Source: Azolla caroliniana
Taxonomy: Eukaryota > Plantae > Polypodiophyta
Direction of reading: 5' to 3'
DNA length: 64,000 nucleotides
Assembly: GCA_043228905.1 (NCBI GenBank)
Contig: JBHGNT010000016.1
Location: 10,912,001-10,976,000 of the forward strand
Part shown: piece after piece, positions 23,801 to 36,140 of the stretch
How positions within the stretch are numbered: position 1 is the stretch's first letter
How the letters are laid out: each line of letters starts with the position of its first letter
Made by a program: the position numbers and the translations under genes
Notes under the pieces: model-generated
What the model saw: only the letters and a program-made list of their open reading frames with translations
Databases searched by the model: none
What the model was told of the DNA's origin: nothing

Positions 23801-26800
23801 GGATGTACCATAGTCAGCATTAGTGGCCGAGAAAGAAAACGAGCTGAGATACGCTTAAAGGCGTGCGGAACCTTGAGCCGCGACGAAGGAATTGGGGAAG
23901 CCGTGGAGGCGGTCTCGTTCGATGACACCTTGGGAGAAATCGGGAAGGTAGTCGAAGGAGGTCTAAGCGAAGACCGAGTCATACCGGTCAACTCGATCAA
24001 CATGTATGAAGTCATTGCGGACTTCGAAAGAGGAACTCGGGCGCATCGGATCGCCCGAGTAGACACAAAATACAAGACTTTGGACCGGAAGGTGAAGCCC
24101 GTTGCGGCTCCCTTGCCGGAGGGCAACTGGGAACGAATAAAGGGGGTCGCTACCGACCCCAGCTTGCGGGATCCGACCGACATAGGGCACCATTTCATTG
24201 ACAAAACGCTACGAGAGCTGAAGATCGGTGGGGGTGGCTTCCTACTGCAGGCGGAAGAGGATCGGTTCAGAAGGATGCTCGAAAGGCACGAGAAGGCCTT
24301 CGCATTCTCACTAGGAGAGATCGGGTGCGTCGACCCGACCATCGTCGAGCCAATGGTAATCTTTACGGTGCTGCACATACCATGGAGCCTCAAGCCAATC
24401 CAAGTATCGAGGGCTCACATGCCGATGCTGATGGAGCTCCTTAAACAGAAAGTAGAGTTGGGCATCCTCGAACCGTCGAATGCCCCCTATTCTAACCGGT
24501 GGTTTACGGTACCGAAGAAGTACGGTACGCTGCGATTCATCCAGGACTTACAACCGGTCAACAAAGTGACCATCTGCAATACAGGAGTCAGACCGTTGAT
24601 CAATGAGTTCGCGGAAGCCTTCGCTGGAAGGTTCATATACTCGGTCAGAGACCTTTACTCAGGATACGACCAATTCCAACTGGCCGTGGAAAGCAGGGAC
24701 ATCACGATGATGCAAACCCCTCTCGGTCTAGTTCGGATGTGCACCTTACCATAAGGAGGAACCAACTCGGTTGCACACATGGTGAATGCTATGAACAGAG
24801 TTTTGAGGGACTGCATTCCGGACATCACCATGTCTTTCCTGGACAACATCCCTATCAAGGGGTGTCCGGAGGACACCAAGGATGAGTCGATCGGCGCGGA
24901 TGGGTGCCGAAGGTTTGTCACGGACCACATTGCCGACTGCGAAAAGATACTACAGAGGCTCGAAGGCGCGCGGCTTACCTTCTCGGGAGAGAAGTCGGCC
25001 TTCGGGCAACAAGAGATATTAGTGGTTGGCCACCTATGTGGGTCGTACAGCCGGAAGCCATCGCCGACTAAGGTAGAGGCTATCTCGGCAATGAAGGAGG
25101 AGTGCGAATCCGTCACAGAGGTCCGGCGATTCTTAGGAGCATGCGCCTTCTACCACATATGGATCCCTCATTACGCGCACGTCACCGAACCACTCTACGG
25201 CCTGTTGAAGAAGGGCAAAAGATTCGAATGGACGAAGGAACATACGGAGGCGGTCCGGAAGCTAAAGCGAGCGCTTACCGCGGACCAGCTTTGCGCAAAG
25301 CGGCATACGCACTGAGTACCCCGGTCTACATCACAATGGACACCAGCCCAACCGGGATCGGATGGGTCGTGAATCAAGAGGACGAAGACGACACGTGCTT
25401 CCCTATCCGGTTCGGTGTGAAGGTACTAAGTGAACGACAACGAGGATACGCCCAAGTGAAGCGCGAGCTGTGGGGTATCGTTTCGGCGGTTAAGGTCGAC
25501 AAAGACTACTTAATCGGGGCGGAAGTAATTATAGAAACGTACTGCCTGCCGATTCTTGGTATGGTCTCCGGATGCGCGACTCCCGACCTGGCCATGCTCA
25601 GGTGGATTGCGTACCTCAAGTCCCTGAACCCAGAGATATGACACATCTCGGGTAAAGACAACGCCATGGCCGACATGCTTTCTAGAGCAAGATTCGAGGA
25701 CGAGGACGACATGGTATCAGAGGACGAAGAAGTCGGCGCAGACTTCTTCAAATCGGCAAGGATGAGGATAAAAGAGCAAAGCGCCCCGCCCGTGAATGAG
25801 TTCGACGAAGACAGCTACAACGGGGAGTGGCTCCTAATCGGGAGATTCCTGAAGACAATGACGACGGACGCCACGATGACTAAGGAGGAGGCCGGATAGC
25901 GCTGGAAGAGGGCATATCGATATTTTCTATGGAACGGGAAAATCTGGAGGGTCCCGAAATGCGAAACGACATGCCTCTCCGGGTAATAACGCGGGCAGAT
26001 GACCAACAGAAGCTAATGTTGGAGTTCCACGAGAGCCCTTGGTCTGGACACCGGGGTACGTGGGCTACATTCGAGAAGTTAAAGGAAAAATACTAGTGGC
26101 CAGGCATGTACAAGAGCGTGCATGACTTCGTGTCTATGTGCGAAAGCTGCCAGATGCACTCGATGGTTCGGCACCGCGACGAACTACACCCGACTTATTC
26201 CCCGACCGTGCACTTCAAGTGGATGGTGGACTTAGTGATGATGCCGATGGGCGAAGGGTAGAAGCGATACCTAGTGCTGGCTAGAGAGGACCTAACCAAC
26301 CAGGTAGAGGGGCGAGCACTAACGAACAAGACCACTGCGTCAGTATGTAAGTTTCTGCTCGAGGATGTCATATGCCGATACGGGTGCGTGGGAAAAATCG
26401 TGGCTGACCGAGGAGAGCTAGATGCGGAAGAGGCCGAGGAACTGTTCGATCGGTTAGGCGTGAAATTGTCCCTCACAACAACGTACAACCTGGAGGCAAA
26501 CAGAAAGATTGAACATGGCCACAGTCCGATCGTAAAAGCCATTGTACGTGTGTGGAGGTCGAGTCGGCAACTGGTTGAGGATGCTCCCATACGCGTTATG
26601 GGCGGACAGAACCACCCACAGTTTGGTGACAGGGTACATGCCGGTGGAACTAATGTACAAATAGAAACCCATCATGCCCGTTGAGAGAATGATCGCCTCG
26701 TGGACGGCAATCGATTGGTCTAATGAAATGAGCAGAGAAGAGCTGCTAGCGGCACGGATCCGGCAACTCGAGCGAAGACCGGAAGACGTGGAACGAGCCA

Positions 26801-27745
26801 CGGCAAGGGTGAAAGAGGCGTGGATCCGAAACAAAGCCCGGTTCAACCAAACACACTGACTCCGACCAAGGAAGATTGAGGAAGGTGATTGGGTGTTAGT
26901 CTACGACAATAGCCTCGACAACCAGCATAGGTCTACACGTAAGTTTGCGATGTGTTGGTTCGGACCGTACATGGTAACTAGCGTCAACGACAACGCAACG
27001 TATCATCTCGCGGAGCTCGACGAGACACGAGTAGCGACTCCGATGGCTGGGAGGCGGATAAAAGCCTTCAAGAGGCCGAACGAAGCAGAACCTAACCCGG
27101 GAGCTGAAAGTGCCAGTTCAGGAGAGGATGACGAGTAACCGATGGCCCGGAATCCCTCATTAAATTCGCAATCCGGCACATACCAGAGGATGTGTGGTTT
27201 AGTGGGGGTGGATGTCGTGAAGATTCTGGGCCATAAGTGGAAACAAGGTGAAACGTGCAGGAACACCGGTATATGCAAGTGCACGCTTCGAGGGAATTGA
27301 ATAGGATAAGTACTAGGCATGAGTATAAGGAGGGGTACTAGGTAGTTAGAGCATTAAAGAAGATATAGACATCGCATAAGTAGGGAGAGTTACGAGGAGA
27401 GAATCTAGGATGAAAAAGTGATGAGTCATGAATGCTTGTAATGGTCGCTCCTTGTGCTATAAAAGGGGCGACCTTTGACTGTCTTCGGGATGCCATCTAG
27501 AGGAAAGGATACATAGAGAAAGACCGAGGACTGACCGCGGAAGAAGGCGCTTCCCCTGCTCGCGTCAGACGCCCGAGCGCTCCCAACCTGGGGATTGACC
27601 TTTGTTCCTGGCTATTTGCCAAGCTCCGCGCTCCATCACTGTCTCTGATCCGGCTGCAACCACTCACAACACCATGCACCTGTGTTTTAATAGAACTCTT
27701 TCTACCTAACATACTTTGTTCTCAGTGTTTTCGTCCGTGTTTTCT
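20814..27745 (+). mobile_element. Degenerate tRNA-Trp-primed non-chromoviral Ty3/gypsy (5' LTR 20814-21535; gag-PR, RT-RH-INT; 3' LTR from 27213, truncated)
   Basis: PBS TGGAGAACCCGACGTGA at 21540; protease LIDHGSEINLM; RT LRFIQDLQPVN, DLYSGYDQ, FLDNIPIKG; RNase H DTSPTGIG..KRELWG; integrase ADRGE; no chromodomain; PPT AGTGGGGGTGGA. Confidence 0.92.
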
Positions 27746-30700
27746 CAGGGGGGGGCACAAAACATGAAGGTTGATGATCTTTCACGATGGTCGGATTTTG
27801 AGTTGAGCCCCAGGGATGATGCCTATGCTCAACAATCTCAATGTTTGCTTAAACCAGATCAATTCCAGCTCTTCGCCACATGCATGTTGCATGATGACTC
27901 TTTGCTTGAGGAGATAACCAAAGCACTTCCCACCGACAAATTCTCCAATGCAATTCAGGAAGTTCTTATTGATCCGTCTAAATCCAAGACCAAGGAAGAC
28001 CTTGACCCTTCAGATTCGAGGGGGGATTGCTTTACTAAGACCAAATCTTATATGTTCCGGAGGGCCGATGTCGAACTCAAGTTCTCCAAAAGTGTCATGA
28101 TGACCCCTTGGCTGGTCATTTTGGAGTTAAAAAGACACTCGAATTAATCTCACGAGGATATTGATGGCCTCAACCATGGAAGTTCGTCAAGGAATTCATC
28201 AAGACATGTGATACTTGTGCTAGATCCAAAGTCGTCCACCATAGGCCATATGGGTTGCTCCAATCACTTCCCATTCCCAACCGGCCTTGGGCATCAAATT
28301 CCATGGATTTCATCACTGACTTGGCCCTTGTCCACGGATATGACACAATGCTCGTCATGGTAGATCAGTTTACAAAGATGGCTCATTTTGCCCCTTGTGC
28401 AAAGACTATTTAAGCAGAAACAACAACCGATCTATTTTTAAAGAATGTGGTGCGGCTTCATGGGGTCCCGGATGATGTCACCTCAGATCGTGGACCCCAA
28501 TTTGTCTCTCGTTTTTTGCGGTGAGTCCTTGAAACATTTGGCACAACAGTAAATTTGTCTTCGTCCTATCATCCTCAAACCAATGGCCAAACGGAGCGGG
28601 TGAACCAAATTCTTGAGCAATACCTTCGATGCTCGCTTAGCTACCAGCAAGATGATTGGGTTGACCTCCTACCCTTGGCAAATTTCACATATAATAATAC
28701 GCTACATGGTTCAACTGGGGTCACCCCATTTTTCGCCAACTATGGTTTCCATCCTCGTTTCAGTACTTCCATCCCTGGCAACTCTATCAACCCGTCAGCG
28801 GAAGGATGTGCTCGTATTTTAGCTGACATTCATCAAGACCTCTCCCTCGAACTCATCCTTGCAAGGGACCGGTATAAAGCGCAAGCTGATCGGCATCGTT
28901 CCGCTATACCCGCCTTTGTAGTTGGTGATCAAGTTTGGCTCTTACATCGCCATGTCGATACTACTTGACATTGCGGAAAGTTGGATTACAAAAAGCTGGG
29001 GCCTTTCTGCATCATTGAGTGTGTCAATCCCGTCACTTTCCAGCTAGAACTTCCTCCAGATTTCCGGATTCATAATGTCTTCCATGCCTCTCTTCTCGAA
29101 CGTTATCATCCATCCACTATTCCTGGAAGACACTCTCCACCTCCACCTCCACCTCCAATTGAGCTTTCCACAAGTGAGGAGTATGTGGACAAGATTCTGG
29201 ACTCTCGTTGGCATTGAAGACAACTTCAATACTTAGTCCTATGGAAAGGGTATCCCATTTCAAAGGCAACTTGGGAACCAACCCAACACTTGGAGAATGC
29301 ATTGGATGTTGTTCATGCATTTCATCACCAATATCCACAAAAACTGGGGACGCATCTTCGAACGCGGCCTTAGTAGGGGGTTAATGTTATGGATAGTCAT
29401 GTCATGATTCGAACTCTTGACCTATTGTATTTAATTGATATGTTTTAACCAATACATCCAATACGGCCTTAGTAGGGAGATAATGTCATGGATAGTCATG
29501 TCATGATTCGAACTCTTAATTGATATTGATATGTTTTAACCAATACATCCGATACATAATCATGTAACCTTCTAGATTATTGTATATTATCTATTCTATA
29601 TGTATGATTTTAGAAGCTTCCAGAAAGCTCCAGAAGCTAGAAAGGGTTTTATTGAACCCTCAAAATCACCAACAGGAGTTCCTATTTTGTTCGTGAAAAA
29701 GAAAGATGGCTCCTTACGCCTCTACGTTGATTATCAAGGTCTAAACAATATTACTGTTCGCAACCGATACCCACTACCTCTCATCCCAAGCTATTGGATC
29801 GACTCCGAATTGGGAGGATCTTCTCTAAGATTGACCTACGGTGTCGAGGAAATCCTCGCGGATGTGCAGAAGTTGGGCAAGACCACGGGGGTCTTGAACC
29901 AAGGAATCGAAAAGTGAGGAGGAAGAGTTTGTGGTTTACGAGAGCCCTGAGACCGTGGTTTAAACAGAAAAAAGATTAGCGAAACGAGAGAGATAGTGTA
30001 GGAGGATCGTGCGTAGACACAAGCGCAGACAAATATGCTAAGAACAACTTGCGTTAGGTGGATAAGCTTCTATTAATCAATATAGGTGTGTGGCACTGTG
30101 GGTGATTACAACCGGATCAGTGCCGGTGTTCGAGCGTAGGCTCTACAGTAGTCAGATATGGAGATGAGTGGGCACACAGAAGGTCGATCCCCTGGTCGGG
30201 AGCACTCGGGCGTCTGATGTGAGCAAGGGAAGCGCCTTCTGCTCGCATGTCGTAAGACTCCTCGTCTTCTTTTGTCTTGTCTCCTTTCTCCTCTCTCCCT
30301 CTTTTCTCCTCTCTTTCAACGACCTTTCTCTAAAAAACAGGACATCCCCAAAACAGTTGAGGGTCGCCCCTTTTATAGCACGAGGAGTGACCGTTACAGA
30401 GCATTCATAGCCTTGTCGCTTTAACTTCCTAAATTCTCCCCCCCCCTGATTCGCTCTCCTTGTAACTCTCCCTACTTACGCGATGTCTAAATCGCTATTA
30501 GAGCTTTAACTACCTAGTACACCTCCCTTTCCCTATGCCTAGGACTTACACTATCTAATTCACAAGGGGTGTGCACTCGTGCACACCAATGCTCCCACGC
30601 GTTTCACTTTGTTTCTACCGATGGCCCGGAATCTTCACGACATCCACCCCCACTAAACTGCACATACTCCGTTATGTGCCAGGCAATGATTTTAGTGAGG

Positions 30701-31564
30701 GATTCTGGGCCATCTGCTACTCATCCTCCCTTTTTGAACTAGCACTTTCGGCTCCTAGGTCCGGTTCCGCCTCATTCTGCCTTTTGAAGGCCTTTATCCG
30801 CTTCCCGACCATTGGAGTCATCATTCGGGTCCCGTCGAGCTCCGCGAGATTATACGTTGCGTTATTGTTGACGCTAATTACCACATATGGCCCGAACCAT
30901 CGTTTTGCAAACTTACGCGTAGACCTATGCTGGTTGTCGAGGCTGTTGTCGTAGACTAACCCCCAATCGCCTTGCTCGATCTTCGTAGGCCGAAGCCCGT
31001 GTCCGGTCGAACTGGGCCTTGCTCTGGATTCTCGCTTCTTTCACCCGTGCCATGGCCCGCTCCATGTCTTCTGGCCTTCACTCGAGTTGCCAGATTCGGG
31101 CCGCAAGCAATTCTACTCGGCTCATTTCATTGGCCCAATCAATTGTCGTCCACGAGGCAATCGTCCGCTCTACTAGAATGATGGGTTTCTGTCCGAACAT
31201 TAGTTTCGCTGGCATGTACGCTATCACCGAATTGTGGGTAGTCCTGTCTGCCCATAGCGCATAATGGAGCAACATTGTCCAGTCACTGACTCGTCCTTCG
31301 CATGTGCGTACAATGGCTTTTACGATCGGACCGTGGCCCTGCTCAATCTTTCCGTTTGCCTCCGAGTTGTATGCCATCGTGAGGGACAATTTTACGCCTA
31401 ACCGATCTAACAGTTCCTCGGCTTCTTCCGGGCCTAGCTCGCCTCGGTCGGCCATGATTTTAACCACGCATCTGTATCGGCATATGACATCTTCTATCAG
31501 AAACTTACATACTGCCATGGTGGTCTTGTTCGTTAGCGCTCGGCCCTCTACCTGGTTCGTTAGG

Positions 31565-33632
31565 TTCGGAAATATGGAAATCTCTTGCCAGGTCAATGGA
31601 GGCAGCTTTGGGTGCCTACAGTTGGTGATAATAGGCTAAAAGCTGGACTTTGTATAACAATAAACGATACCTGTTTGTTCTCTTTCTTACATTATGGAGT
31701 CTTGTCATGTAGTCGAGGTCAATATGCAAATTTTCAAATAGGTTTGAAGAAGTGGGGTTTATTGAATATTTATGCTCTGAATAATGCAAGAGATAGAACG
31801 ATACTTTGGAAGAGCATAATTTCACAGTTACCCACTATGGATCATTGGGCGATTGTAGGTGATTTTAATATGTTAGAGGATGGTTCAGAATTATATGAAT
31901 GGGAACGACTGATTTTTTCTTTGGGATTAATGGATTTGTGGCATGTATCTTCCTTTGTATCCTTTGTAAGGCTACAGGATTCTTTAGCGTACTCTAGATC
32001 GGATAGAAGAGAGGTATATACTAATTTGTCTAGGTTAGATAGATTCTATGCCGATAACTTTATATGGGACAAAGGAGGCTCCATTGGAATTTTACCTTCA
32101 TTTTCCTTTTCTGATCATGCACCACTTCGTATAATTATAGTTTTACAGGAACACTATAAAACTTCTAGATTTCGAATTCCGAATCATGTGTTCCTTAGAC
32201 AAGATTGTGTTCCTATTGTACATAATATTTGGAATAAGTATGTCTATTCTTATGATTATGCATTGTCTAGTGTTCAAAAGGCTATTATGGAAATACAACA
32301 ATTTTTTCACTATAAGGCCAAACAAGTAGTTCAGTCGTCTTTCACAAAAATAGGAAGACTTTGTGGGGGATTGAGGTCCTTGCAACATTTGCAAGAGAGA
32401 AGGCCATATTCGACTTATATAAGTTCCAGAGTGATACACGTAGGGAACCAGATATTAGAATTACAAAAGGTTTCTGCTGAATTTACTTACCACAATATAA
32501 CATCTGAATGGGCAGAGTCAGGAGATAAAGTAAATAAAATGTTTTTTAAAATGCATAATTACCATAAGTCGGTGGCTAGGATTTCTCATTTAAAATGTCT
32601 GGATGGCTCTCATACCAAATCCTAGTTAGATGCGGCAAATAGCCTCTGAATATTATGATAATTTGTTGAAGGCTCAATCCTTTTCTACTGATGATTTATC
32701 TAAACGAGATATTATATGGTCGAGGATTCAACATAGAGTGTCTGTTCAACTTTCCGAACGTCTTTTGCAGCCATTAAGTCCTTAAGAGGTTTTTAAAGTA
32801 GCAAAGGCCTTAACAAAGGATGTTTGTCCTGGATTGGATGGTGTCCAATGGTATTTACAATATTGGGATTTGATAGGTGAGGGACTAACTAAAGCTTATC
32901 AACAGGTTTTAGATTCTGGACATATGCCCCAAGAATGGAATGACGGTTTAATCTACATGATTCCCAAATCAAGTGGTCAGTTAGAGGAGCTTCAGCATTG
33001 GAGGCCAATTACTTTGTTGAATATTATTTATAAGATATTAGCCAAAACATTAGCTAGACGTTTACAACCTTATCTTTCTGAACTGATTCATAATTCTCAG
33101 ATAGGTTTTATACAAGAGCGAAGTATTTTTGATAATATTATTCTTTTTTGGGGAATGGTAGCTTTTGCTGAAGTGCAAAATCAACAGTTGGCAGTGCTAT
33201 TTCTGGATTTCGAAAAAGCTTATGACAGAGTGGATTGGAATTTCGTGGAGGGTACTTTGCTTAAGATGGGTTTTCCAAACAGATGGATACAGGGTGTTTC
33301 AGCATTATATCATAATGCACATAGTTCAATTTTATTTGCAGGGGATATTGGTAGGCGTTTCTCTATTTCAAGATCAGTAAGACAAGGATGTCCACTTGCT
33401 CCTTTTCTGTTTTTATTAGTATCTGAAGCGTTTTCTGTACACCCTCACAATTTAACTTGTTGCAGGTAAAAAAAGCTGTGGATGACTTCGCAGATGCATT
33501 GGGTGTGTTGATCAATTGGGATAAATCATCAGGTTTTTGGGTGGCTTTGGGAAATCCTCCATTTAATATTCCTAGCGCAGGTTTCACGTGGATTCCTAAA
33601 GGGCAGTCCATTAGGTATTTAGGATGTAGAGT
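31565..33632 (+). mobile_element. L1-type LINE ORF2 fragment (APE endonuclease, partial RT), copy 1
   Basis: GDFN, RLDRFY, SDHAPL endonuclease motifs; WRPITLLN, LDFEKAYDRV, VRQGCPLAP RT motifs; near-identical to 54838-56952. Confidence 0.92.
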
Positions 33633-34005
33633 ACCATTTTCGTCGGGGCCTTTGAAGCGAGATTAAAAATTTACTACTCAACTTTCCGGAGCCTATGTCA
33701 TTGTCACAAGCCATCATGCAAGCAGTTAGTTGTGACAATCAGTTGTTTGAGCTTTGTCAAGAGGAACGAGAAACTTCAAGGTGGCAACCCTCTTCGAGAT
33801 CTCCTCCATGGTCATGACCTTGTGCCGATGGAAATTGATCGAGCTCGCGCCCCGCCACTCACCGAAGCTAAACAGAGGTATCGCCGAACCAAAAGACTAT
33901 GTTTATATTGTGGTGCATCCACTCATCTAATTCCTTTCTGCCCAATCAAGAATAATCAACGACAAATATCTATAAACAATACGACAAGACCCCCCTAACA
34001 ACCGG
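33633..34005 (+). mobile_element. Tcn1-like gag fragment
   Basis: VPMEIDRAR...LCLYCGASTHLIPFCP knuckle, homologous to 18300-18430. Confidence 0.8.
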
Positions 34006-34646
34006 TGTCGTGAAAATCTGTCACTATATGCGGAACTGCCGAATCAGATGGATTCGAAGTTTGTACTAGTTTTAGCGAGAAAGTATTTAAGATAGATTGA
34101 TATGGACAGAGAGAGATTAAGCTCGAGATCGAACCCTTCACTTTAGATTTGTGAGACAAGATACATCACCAATTGGATAACGAATTTTCTCTTTATTAAT
34201 TTCTTGATTAGTACATAGTTTGCTTGATATCCTTTTCTTTTTCCTCCCCTCTTTTATAGATTCCCCCATGCATATGATGCGTGTGAGGGTACAAGACATG
34301 CATACAATGCATGTTTGCCATTCGGTGCTCATGCATTAGATGTGACGCATGATAACCATGTCACTCTTTCAAGCTCTCATGTATGAGAATTTACATATGA
34401 AGAATATAATGATGAAAATATAAGGGAATGGCTTGGCTTAATGGTAAGTTAATTGGCTCTTATCTACGAGGTGAAAGGCATATCAAGAATATAATGTTAT
34501 AAAAATATAAGGAAATGACTTGGCTTAATGGTAAGTTAATGGGTTCCTATCGAGGAGCTGCAAGGTTCAAATTCTTACTTGCACCCTTTCTTACACAATT
34601 ATTTTATTTTATTTTTATTTTACTAGGCTTTAGTCACGTCACGACT
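34006..34646 (-). mobile_element. Probable LTR (minus orientation) carrying duplicated tRNA-like modules
   Basis: TGTCGTGAAAATCTGTCACTATATGCGGA at 34006 is the near-exact reverse complement of the terminus at 50231-50259 (...GTGACAGATTTTCACGACA). The other end is uncertain (CACGACT at ~34646). Confidence 0.55.
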
Positions 34647-34799
34647 GAGCTGTGTGTCCATTGCGACTAAACCGTGACAGAGCCGTGCAAACCGAACCGC
34701 AACTGGACCGTGCGAACCCAGACCGAGCCGTGCGCCATGCGCGTCTCGACCGAGCCGTGCACAAACACGCATCCCGACCATGCCATGTGCATCCCGACT

Positions 34800-35443
34800 T
34801 AGCCAAAACCATTCCAAGCAATAAAGGGACGCGCAAGACCCATTGTGTTTTAGGGTTTAGTTGCAGGGACACAACACAATTGTTATTCCGCGGTTTATCG
34901 TGCTTTTGTTCCATGTGTTTAGATGAAGCTTGGGATGAATGCACCAATCTATCAATTGTGGAGCCATGGAAGCTACAGAAGCTTGAGATTGAACAATGTG
35001 TGGATATCCAGGAAGACGAACATGTAGAGAATATTGTATACTACAACCAATGTGAGGACTTGGCAGTATTATTCAAAGTTGGAGATCATTTTGCAGTGCT
35101 CAAATCTCCTCAAAATGAAGATTTTGAAGACTATTACATTGTGGTGTGCAAGCAAGGAAATACAATATTGGAAGAAGTCGTGAGGGATGGTTGGGACAAC
35201 GTGTTCAACGTTGGTGAGTGTGTTGTGTATGGAAACTACTATGCAAAGTTACCACAATGCAAGAACACGTATGCATTATTAAAAGATGCACCCACTGCAA
35301 TAATCTATGTTGACACTGTCATCGCAATCAAGTTCACTATGAGTCAAGCAAAGCACAAGGTTAAGGGATACAACATTGTCTACAAGGTCCCCAAAGAGGT
35401 TCACGAACACATATTGGGGGAGGTCTCCCTCTCTAATTCTTAG
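34800..35443 (+). pseudogene. C-terminal part of a probable DNA-transposon transposase (Sola2-like, tentative)
   Basis: KGTRKTHCV...R.LSCFCSMC...C motif followed by a beta-rich domain; resembles from memory the GTRxxH/SCFCxxC tail of Sola2-type transposases. The catalytic core is absent from the window. Confidence 0.45.
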
Positions 35444-36140
35444 AATGGTAAGCACTGTTCATATGTAACATTCGCATGTCTTGTAAACTCTGGCCTACAA
35501 ATGAATGGAAATATATCATCTTTGGTTTTCTTATGAGTTTGCATTGACAAAGCTCTTAATCTTGGTGTTTTGTTTAGATATGTATGCATCTTTTGCATAA
35601 AATTTATGGTGAAAAATATCTTTGGTTAGTACTAAAATTGTGTTAAGTGTTTCCTAACCTAGAGATATCTAAGATAGGAGTGTTCATTCCACACATGTTT
35701 TTAGTGTGTGGTACACTCATGAGGGTGTGGTTGACTAGATGAGGGAACAGATTGAACATGTTAATTGTTAGTACTAATGCAATGGTTCATTCAAGTATAC
35801 ATACCATGTTCATATGCATTAAAATATAGTACTAATACTGTGCTAAGCTTTTACTAACCTAGACATATCTTGTCTATATGTGTGCATAATAAGTGACATT
35901 CTTACTAAGATGAGACCTCAAATGGTATCAAATTCACATTCTTACAAATATATATGTATCAAAGTTAGTACATTGCATATCAAGTTGGTACTAAATTAGT
36001 CACTAAGATGAGTACTCAAATAGTATCAAGTTCAAATTTAGGATAAGTAAACCAAAATAGTGTCAAGAAGCAGTTAATCAAAGACTTGCTCATATGGTAA
36101 TCAATTACAAACAACGATCTAAATACAAAAAACTTTGTTT

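Larger units (their letters stand above)
17019..29643 (+). mobile_element. Near full-length degenerate Tcn1-like chromovirus (5' LTR 17019-17436; gag-PR-RT-RH to 20222; RH end-INT-chromodomain 27750-29370; partial 3' LTR from 29385/29484), split by nested insertions
   Basis: LPDKFDGTRARFRGF gag, LLDSGAT protease, RLCVDYR and [20 protein letters not shown] RNase H, QTNGQTERVNQ integrase, YLVLWKGY..ATWEP chromodomain; 3' LTR start matches 5' LTR. Confidence 0.9.

Noticed and set aside
23551-24393. Long antisense ORFs over gypsy pol/gag (also 22595-23215, 12678-13304)
   Set aside because: Shadow frames of GC-rich coding sequence with no recognisable domains.
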